Shown here piece by piece: positions 38,628 through 44,255 of a DNA stretch of 44,255 bases. This DNA is from a virus (lineage: Duplodnaviria > Caudoviricetes). The notes beneath the pieces were generated by a model. It was not told the DNA's origin, made no database searches, and saw only the letters and a list, made by a program, of their open reading frames with translations. Within the stretch, counting starts at the first letter, position 1, and the number at the start of each line of letters is the position of its first letter. Location of the stretch: the IMG/VR virus record IMGVR_UViG_3300033076_001027, positions 1 to 44,255 of that record, one strand, 5' to 3'. The position numbers were made by a program, and so were the translations under genes.

Positions 38628-39076
38628 GCACCCCGGAAACCGAGCCCCTGGAGCCCAAGGTGCTGGAGGCCTTCTCCTATGTCATCGTGACCGCCGTCGA
38701 AGGCGGTTCGTACACCCGGGACGATTACGCGCAGTGGACGCAGTACGCGCACGCCGACGGACCCTTTGGGTTCCAAGCCGCCGTCACTGTCTACCCCAAC
38801 CGGGTCGGCAAGTACGACACCGACGAGAAGCCGGACCCCATCCGCGTCACCGCGGACTGGTTCGCCCGGCGCATCGTCCAGGGCGTCTTGTCCAAGATCG
38901 GCGAGCGGTATCAGATCCTCGGCATCCCGAAGACGGGCCCGGAGATCCCGCCGGCGCTGTTCGACAAGGCCACCCGGCTGATCCTCGGCGACGAGGATGT
39001 CGCCGGTGAGATCGATGTCATCGACGCCGGCGCGCTGCTGCAAGCGGCGGTCTACGGCAAGGTCATCTACGGATAA
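38624..39076 (+). CDS. Hypothetical protein
   Basis: GTGA overlap; C-terminus IDAGALLQAAVYGKVIYG. Confidence 0.7.
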   Translation: MSTPETEPLEPKVLEAFSYVIVTAVEGGSYTRDDYAQWTQYAHADGPFGFQAAVTVYPNRVGKYDTDEKPDPIRVTADWFARRIVQGVLSKIGERYQILGIPKTGPEIPPALFDKATRLILGDEDVAGEIDVIDAGALLQAAVYGKVIYG

Positions 39077-39079
39077 CAA

Positions 39080-39138
39080 GGGCGAAACGCACCGGCATTG
39101 GCCGGGCGTCCCGGCGTCTCGCGCCGGCTGACGAGCCC
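39080..39138 (+). ncRNA. Type II hammerhead ribozyme
   Basis: GGGC-GAAA-CGC(A)CCGGC-ATTG-GCCGG-GCG-TC^-CCGGCG-TCTCG-CGCCGG-CTGACGA-GCCC. All core nucleotides and three stems are present; predicted cleavage after C39110. Confidence 0.92.
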
Positions 39139-39175
39139 CGTCAGTTAATCCAAACCAACCAAAAACACCGAAAAC

Positions 39176-39595
39176 ATGATCAAAAACCTCAACCCCGATG
39201 TCCTCAAGGCCTTGGCCCTGGACATCGACACCGCGCTCAAGGCCGTCGCCGAGAAGCATGGTCTCAGCATCACGACGGGCAACAGTCGCTACGACGACCA
39301 GAGCGCCGAGATGAAGCTGAAGATCTGCACCCTCGACGACACCGGCGCCAAGCACACCCGCGAGCGCAACGCGCTCAACACCTGGTCCGAGCACCTTCTG
39401 AACGGGCTGCAGTACGGCGACAAGGTCACGCTGCTCACCCGCAAGGGCAAGCTGCAGTACTCCGTCGCCGGCTATGTCAGCCGGTCGGGCAAGCTGCAGA
39501 TGACCGGCCCGGACCAGAAGACCTGGCTGTTCGACGCAGCCGCGGTCGTGGGCCAGATCAAGGACGGCAAGGCGTCCGTGTCCAAAGCCTCCTAA
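39176..39595 (+). CDS. Hypothetical protein
   Basis: A/C-rich leader, strong codon bias. Confidence 0.75.
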   Translation: MIKNLNPDVLKALALDIDTALKAVAEKHGLSITTGNSRYDDQSAEMKLKICTLDDTGAKHTRERNALNTWSEHLLNGLQYGDKVTLLTRKGKLQYSVAGYVSRSGKLQMTGPDQKTWLFDAAAVVGQIKDGKASVSKAS

Positions 39596-39596
39596 C

Positions 39597-40025
39597 ATGG
39601 GCCTCGACATGTACGCGCTCACCTGTGACCCGGACAAGGTCACGCGCACCGAGCTGGGGGTGGATCAACTCCCGTCGTGGCACCCGGACAGCCCGGATGA
39701 CGCGACCATGATCCACACCTGGCGCAAGCACCCGGATCTCCACCAGTGGATGACCGACCTGTACTTCCGCAAGGAAGGCCTGGAAGGGGACATCACCCGG
39801 GCCGAGATGGGTCCCGCCTTCAACGCCGGCCAATTCGTGCGCCTCACGGAGCACGATCTGGATCAGCTGGAGGCTGCCGTCGAAGCCGGCGCGCTGCCCA
39901 AGGCGTCCGGATTCTTCTGGGGCGTCAGCAGCCCGGAAGACAAAGCGGACGACCTGGCCTTCATCAAGAAAGCCCGCAAGGCCATCAAGGCCGGCAAGGT
40001 CGTCTTCTATTCGTCCTGGTGGTGA
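39597..40025 (+). CDS. Conserved phage/mobile-element hypothetical (MGLDMY...WRKHP.LH.WM...GFF type)
   Basis: Recognisable motif set ending YSSWW; function unknown. Confidence 0.8.
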   Translation: MGLDMYALTCDPDKVTRTELGVDQLPSWHPDSPDDATMIHTWRKHPDLHQWMTDLYFRKEGLEGDITRAEMGPAFNAGQFVRLTEHDLDQLEAAVEAGALPKASGFFWGVSSPEDKADDLAFIKKARKAIKAGKVVFYSSWW

Positions 40026-40045
40026 TCGGTTTGGTTGGCTGTCTC

Positions 40046-40075
40046 AAGGCTCCGGCTCACGCCGGGGCCTTTTTT
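40046..40075 (+). terminator. Rho-independent terminator
   Basis: AAGGCTCCGGC-TCAC-GCCGGGGCCTT followed by a T run. Confidence 0.88.
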
Positions 40076-40120
40076 GTGCCTTGCGCCGATCGGCGCCGGC
40101 AGCACGATCAGATCCACGAT

Positions 40121-40159
40121 GGCCCTCCCCGCTGCTGCAAAGCAAGGGAGGGTCTTTTT
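40121..40159 (+). terminator. Second, tandem terminator
   Basis: GGCCCTCCC...TGCT-GCAA-AGCA...GGGAGGGTC followed by TTTTT. Confidence 0.7.
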
Positions 40160-40286
40160 GTGCCCGCTGCTGTCAGCACATGATCGCGAAATCCAGCCTT
40201 TCCGGTTCGGAAAACCCTCCAGGGTTTACCGAACGCACATAAAAGGCCCGATCTCGTGCGCATACGCTGACACCGGCCGGCGCCGA

Positions 40287-40586
40287 TCAGTCGCCCTTGC
40301 GCCAGATCTTCCGGATGTCGTCCAGCTCAGCCCGGACCTTGGCCCGGTATCGGCGCATCGCCAGGGCCTTCTGCGCCCGTCGATCCGCGCAGCGGACCCG
40401 GCTCTCGTTTACCTGGCACCGATGCGCGTCCAGCCTGTCCTGGTACCAGGCAAACATGGATCCGACCGGCCCGGCCGGCAGCTTCAGCCGCCGGATCACG
40501 CGCGGCACAGATCCCACCGGATCGAGAAATTCGCTGTTTTCGCCCGTTATTTTGAGGAAAGTTCCTCGTTTTTGGATGTGGCCCAT
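40287..40586 (-). CDS. Possible small basic protein
   Basis: MGHIQKRG...ALAMRRYRAKVRAELDDIRKIWRKGD; start uncertain, weak support. Confidence 0.35.
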   Translation of the reverse strand: MGHIQKRGTFLKITGENSEFLDPVGSVPRVIRRLKLPAGPVGSMFAWYQDRLDAHRCQVNESRVRCADRRAQKALAMRRYRAKVRAELDDIRKIWRKGD

Positions 40587-40973
40587 TTTCCTAGGGTTTT
40601 CGGAAAATCCCGGATAGGCAAGCCCATCAGCTGACAGTCGCGTAGCGTTTTGCCTATCAGAACATGCCTTCCACACGCGGATTCTACGCGGCGATCCATG
40701 GATCTGATCACCAGGCATTTACGACGGCCCTGGCTGATAGGCAAAGCTGCTAGGCAGTGAAAATGTAGATCTTTGCCTCTAACGAGAGGAAAGTTTTCCT
40801 TTCCCTTCTACGCATGAAACCCCTGCAAACATTAGGGGAAAGTGAGTCTCCCTACGGGATAGGTTAAGACGCCCTAACGGGCTGTCGTTAACCCCCTTAG
40901 GCCTAAAGGCCAGGGGGCACGACCCGTTAACTCTATTCTCGCGTAGGCCGGACCCCTTCCTCACATCAGATCC

Positions 40974-41408
40974 ATGAAAGTCATCGTGATCGTCCGGGGC
41001 CACCCTAGACCCCAACCCAGGCCCAGGTTCATCAAAGGACGCGCCGTCAGCTGCGCCGATCCCCTCGCCGCAGCCTGGAAGGCCAAGATCAAGGCTGCCG
41101 TCTCCCAGATCCCCCTGGAGCTGCCCAAAGGCCCCCTTAGCTGCAGCATGTGGTTCCGCATGCCCACCAAGGACCAGGCCAGGGCCGACAAGCCCCACAC
41201 CCAGGTCCCGGACCTGGACAACCTGGCAAAGCTCGTCCTGGACGCGATCCAGGACACCGGGCTCCTGGTCAATGACTCCCAGGTCGCCAGGCTCAACCTG
41301 GATAAAACCTGGTCATCCCTGGATCAGTCCGGTGTCCTGGTTGAGCTCGAAAGCTGGGAACCCTCAGATCAGCGCGCAGAGCTGCCAAAGCCGGGCTGGC
41401 TGCAGTGA
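40974..41408 (+). CDS. rusA: RusA-family Holliday junction resolvase
   Basis: GHPRPQPRPRF, PDLDNLAKLVLDA, NDSQV catalytic pattern. Confidence 0.9.
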   Translation: MKVIVIVRGHPRPQPRPRFIKGRAVSCADPLAAAWKAKIKAAVSQIPLELPKGPLSCSMWFRMPTKDQARADKPHTQVPDLDNLAKLVLDAIQDTGLLVNDSQVARLNLDKTWSSLDQSGVLVELESWEPSDQRAELPKPGWLQ

Positions 41409-41463
41409 GGGGTGTCCCAGGCCAGGCCAGGAGATCAAAAGGCTTCCTGGGGCATTTACGGGC

Positions 41464-42036
41464 CTACTTTTTTGGCCCGTCCAGGTCGATAACCCCCTCT
41501 TTTTGCGAAACCCCAGCTTTTACCGCGCTTTTCAGCGTGTCGAAGGTTTGCCGGCCCCGGGTCACGAATTCCTCCAGCTCGGTCAAGCTCAGCTGGTGCA
41601 GCTGTTTGCCGGAGCTCTTGAGCCCCAGCTGCAAGCTCGCAGCCACCGCGCTCAGCCCATGCCCGGAAGCCTCCAGGGTCCACTTGGCTGCCTGGAACCG
41701 GACCTGGGCCGGCGAAGCCGGATCGGTCATCAGCTGCTGGATCACGCCCCAGGCCCTGGTTGCCCCAGCTGTCTTGATCTCCGTGTCCCGCCGGACCTCG
41801 ATCAGCTCCCGGATCCGCGGATCTGCCAGCAGCTGCTTTTGCGCAGCCACCGGTTCCGCGTAGCCGGCGCCTTCAGCTGCCAGCTTCCCGTCGCCGCCGT
41901 TGCCGATGTAGATCTCGCAGAAGCTCAGCTCCTGGTCCGTCAGCTGCGCAGCCCCCGGCCCTGGTTTGACCTGGAGCTCGCCCTTCCAGGCGTCCTTCAG
42001 CTGCTGCATGTTTGCCGGTGTCTTAGGTGTAGTCAT
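41464..42036 (-). CDS. terS: Terminase small subunit
   Basis: LTDQELSFCEIYIGNGGDGKLAAEGAGY...LLADPRIRELI HTH pattern; VRFQAAKWTLE oligomerisation helix. Confidence 0.75.
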   Translation of the reverse strand: MTTPKTPANMQQLKDAWKGELQVKPGPGAAQLTDQELSFCEIYIGNGGDGKLAAEGAGYAEPVAAQKQLLADPRIRELIEVRRDTEIKTAGATRAWGVIQQLMTDPASPAQVRFQAAKWTLEASGHGLSAVAASLQLGLKSSGKQLHQLSLTELEEFVTRGRQTFDTLKSAVKAGVSQKEGVIDLDGPKK

Positions 42037-42045
42037 GGGAAAAGA

Positions 42046-42489
42046 TCAACGCGCCAGGGCCTGGACCCGCTGCGCAGCCTCGTACCTGGCTGCCGGTAGA
42101 TCCGGGTGCCAGGCCTGGAACCGATAGCGCCGGAACCCCTCAAACCCCAGGTTCCAGGCTAGCCAGGTCTCGTTAGCCATCGCCGGCCGGCCGATCTCCC
42201 TGGTCAGCCTGGCGCGCAGATACGACAGCCAGGTCTCGGCGTAGGCCCGGGCTCGATCCGGGATCGACGCGGATCGGTAAGGCCAGGTCGGCAGCCCGGC
42301 AGCCTTGCGGACCCGGCTGCAGTCAGCCCAGGCCGCAGCGTGCCACTGCAGCACGCCCTTGGCTGCGCCCCGGTCGCCGGTGACATTCCGGCTGCCGGTC
42401 TCGACCGCCTCGACCGCCTGGACCCACCTGGCCGGCACCGGATCTGCGGTCACTGAGGCCAGGGCAAGGGCGCATAGGGCGATGGGCAT
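42046..42489 (-). CDS. Lysozyme-like / lytic transglycosylase with signal peptide (candidate endolysin)
   Basis: ATG 42489 [15 protein letters not shown]; AVEAVETG (catalytic Glu), [18 protein letters not shown]. Confidence 0.7.
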   Translation of the reverse strand: MPIALCALALASVTADPVPARWVQAVEAVETGSRNVTGDRGAAKGVLQWHAAAWADCSRVRKAAGLPTWPYRSASIPDRARAYAETWLSYLRARLTREIGRPAMANETWLAWNLGFEGFRRYRFQAWHPDLPAARYEAAQRVQALAR

Positions 42490-42785
42490 GCCGGCATCCT
42501 GCTGCCGATCGGCCGGCGTGCAAGGGCAAAGCCCGGCGTGCAAACCCCACCCCGATCGGCGCCCTCGCTCTAATGTGCTCACGCACGCGCGCGAGGGGAT
42601 CACCCCACCCACCACCCCATGCACCACCACCTACTGCCCATCGTCCACCATCGACCCCCGCCTACCTCCCCCGTTTCTCTTACTCTTTTTCATCCCGGCG
42701 CGCGCGGAAAAATTTCCGCACCCAGAAAACTTTGTCCTACATTTTGAGCCGTTGCACTTATTCCCGGTTTTCACAAGTTATCAAC

Positions 42786-44255
42786 ATGCCCTCATCGCCG
42801 CCCGATCCGTATTCGCGTCAGTACGACTTCACGAACCATTCGACGCTGCAGCCCAATGTGCCGCAGCCCGGCAACAAGCTCGACCTTGAATTCAACGAGC
42901 TCCTGGAGACTGTGAACGCAATCATCAGCCGGCTCGGCGAGATCCAAGCGGACGACGGAAAGGTGCGACAGAGTGCCGTCACCTTGACTGTCGGCCCGGT
43001 TGGGCCTCAAGGCCCCCAGGGCGTCAAAGGCGACACGGGAAGCCAAGGCCCCCAGGGCATCCAAGGCCCCGCGGGTTTGCAAGGCCCGCAGGGAATCCAA
43101 GGGCCCCAAGGGGACACAGGGGCCACAGGGGCCACCGGCAGCGTCGGCGCGACGGGACCGCAAGGGGCCCAAGGGATCCAAGGGATCCAAGGGCCCGTGG
43201 GACCCACGGGACCTGTCGGACCTGTCGGACCAGCGGGTGCGACGGGAGCAACCGGAGCGACCGGACCCCAAGGCCCCGTCGGACCGCAAGGCGCGCAGGG
43301 CGACAAATACGCATGCACATCGACGACGAGCCTGGCTGTCGTTAACGGGGCCGCGACGCTGACGACGCAGACGGGCCTGGCGTGGACGATTCAGCAGGAT
43401 CTGACGATCGTCTACAACGCGAGCAACCACATGCACGCGACTGTGACGAGCTACAACGCGACGACCGGCGTGATGGTCGTCGATGTGACGCAGCACACCG
43501 GATCGGGCACCTATTCGTCGTGGACGATCAACCTGGAAGGCGCTGCGGGCGTGCAAGGCCCGGCGGGACCGACGGGTGCGACGGGTGCGACCGGTGCCAC
43601 CGGACCGGCGGGCCCTGTAGGCCCTGCGGGCCCTGCGGGCCCCACGGGTGCCACCGGAGCCACGGGTGCGACGGGACCGGCTGGACCGGCGGGACCCCAG
43701 GGTCCTGCGGGCGTTGCCGGAGCCACTGGAGCCACGGGGGCCACGGGCCCTCAAGGCCCTGCGGGCAGCGTCGGACCGCAAGGTCCGCAAGGACCCCAGG
43801 GAATCCAGGGACCCGTCGGCGACACCGGGCCGCAAGGCGTGGCGGGCACGCCTGGATCGATGCTGTTCAACTTCCTGGGCGCGTACGACAACGGCGTGAC
43901 CTACACAGTGAACGACGCGGTGCAGTACAACGGCAGCTGTTATGTGATGACGAGCTACATCGGCGCGGCCGGCTACGATCCGGTCGGCAATCCTGGGAAT
44001 TGGTCGTTGGTCGTTAGCAAGGGCGATACGGGCGCGACTGGCGACACGGGTGCGGCCGGCGCCAACGGCGTCCCATGCAACATGCGCGGGACCTGGGCGA
44101 ATTACACGAGCTACACGGCCGGAGATGTCGTTGAATACGGAGGGCTGATCTACTCCGCGCTCACGACCCATTATTCGTATTACGACAACCCTCCTGGCGG
44201 CAACTGGGTCGCCGTGACGATCGTCGGGCCGACCGGACCGACCGGTCCTCAAGGT
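42786..44255 (+). CDS. Collagen-like fibre protein, N-terminal part (continues at 1-318; ~595 aa total)
   Basis: ATG 42786 [16 protein letters not shown]...LDLEFN; long Gly-X-Y tracts; globular inserts. 1470 nt with no stop, so it is absent from the ORF track. Confidence 0.9.
   Translation, partial: MPSSPPDPYSRQYDFTNHSTLQPNVPQPGNKLDLEFNELLETVNAIISRLGEIQADDGKVRQSAVTLTVGPVGPQGPQGVKGDTGSQGPQGIQGPAGLQGPQGIQGPQGDTGATGATGSVGATGPQGAQGIQGIQGPVGPTGPVGPVGPAGATGATGATGPQGPVGPQGAQGDKYACTSTTSLAVVNGAATLTTQTGLAWTIQQDLTIVYNASNHMHATVTSYNATTGVMVVDVTQHTGSGTYSSWTINLEGAAGVQGPAGPTGATGATGATGPAGPVGPAGPAGPTGATGATGATGPAGPAGPQGPAGVAGATGATGATGPQGPAGSVGPQGPQGPQGIQGPVGDTGPQGVAGTPGSMLFNFLGAYDNGVTYTVNDAVQYNGSCYVMTSYIGAAGYDPVGNPGNWSLVVSKGDTGATGDTGAAGANGVPCNMRGTWANYTSYTAGDVVEYGGLIYSALTTHYSYYDNPPGGNWVAVTIVGPTGPTGPQG

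Noticed and set aside
42792-44252. 486-aa minus-strand ORF
   Set aside because: Antisense shadow of the collagen gene; R/G-rich with no recognisable domain.
1-44255. Alternative genetic code, diversity-generating retroelement or retron
   Set aside because: Core genes are intact under the standard code, and I saw no reverse transcriptase motifs or TR/VR pair.

Overview
The window looks like a complete, circularly permuted ~44.3 kb, GC-rich podovirus-type phage genome. The collagen-fibre ORF starting at 42786 runs off the right end and continues in frame, and in Gly-X-Y register, at position 1. Gene order: TerL, portal, scaffold, major capsid, tail adaptor and nozzle, GNAT, ejection proteins, a giant polyvalent ejection protein split by an A10 / A_AAA_AAG -1 slip site, membrane lysis genes, a recombination/replication module (Sak4-like ATPase, SSB, SF2 helicase, Cas4-like nuclease, primase-helicase), ~1 kb of densely structured non-coding sequence with tRNA-Glu, small putative early genes, RusA, then TerS and a lysozyme-like gene on the minus strand. 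I recognised no integrase, DNA polymerase or RNA polymerase. Main observations: (1) an RNA-rich early region with a ~800-nt ornate ncRNA candidate, a tRNA and a canonical type II hammerhead ribozyme (39080-39138); (2) a probable ~3070-aa frameshifted polyprotein (two JAB modules, zincin, PBECR-like nuclease) punctuated by two repeated linker motifs and carrying three copies of the scaffold protein's C-terminal peptide; (3) a dense CCWGG cluster around terS, with apparent genome-wide avoidance of ACGT. All calls come from reading motifs by eye; no database searches or folding programs were run.
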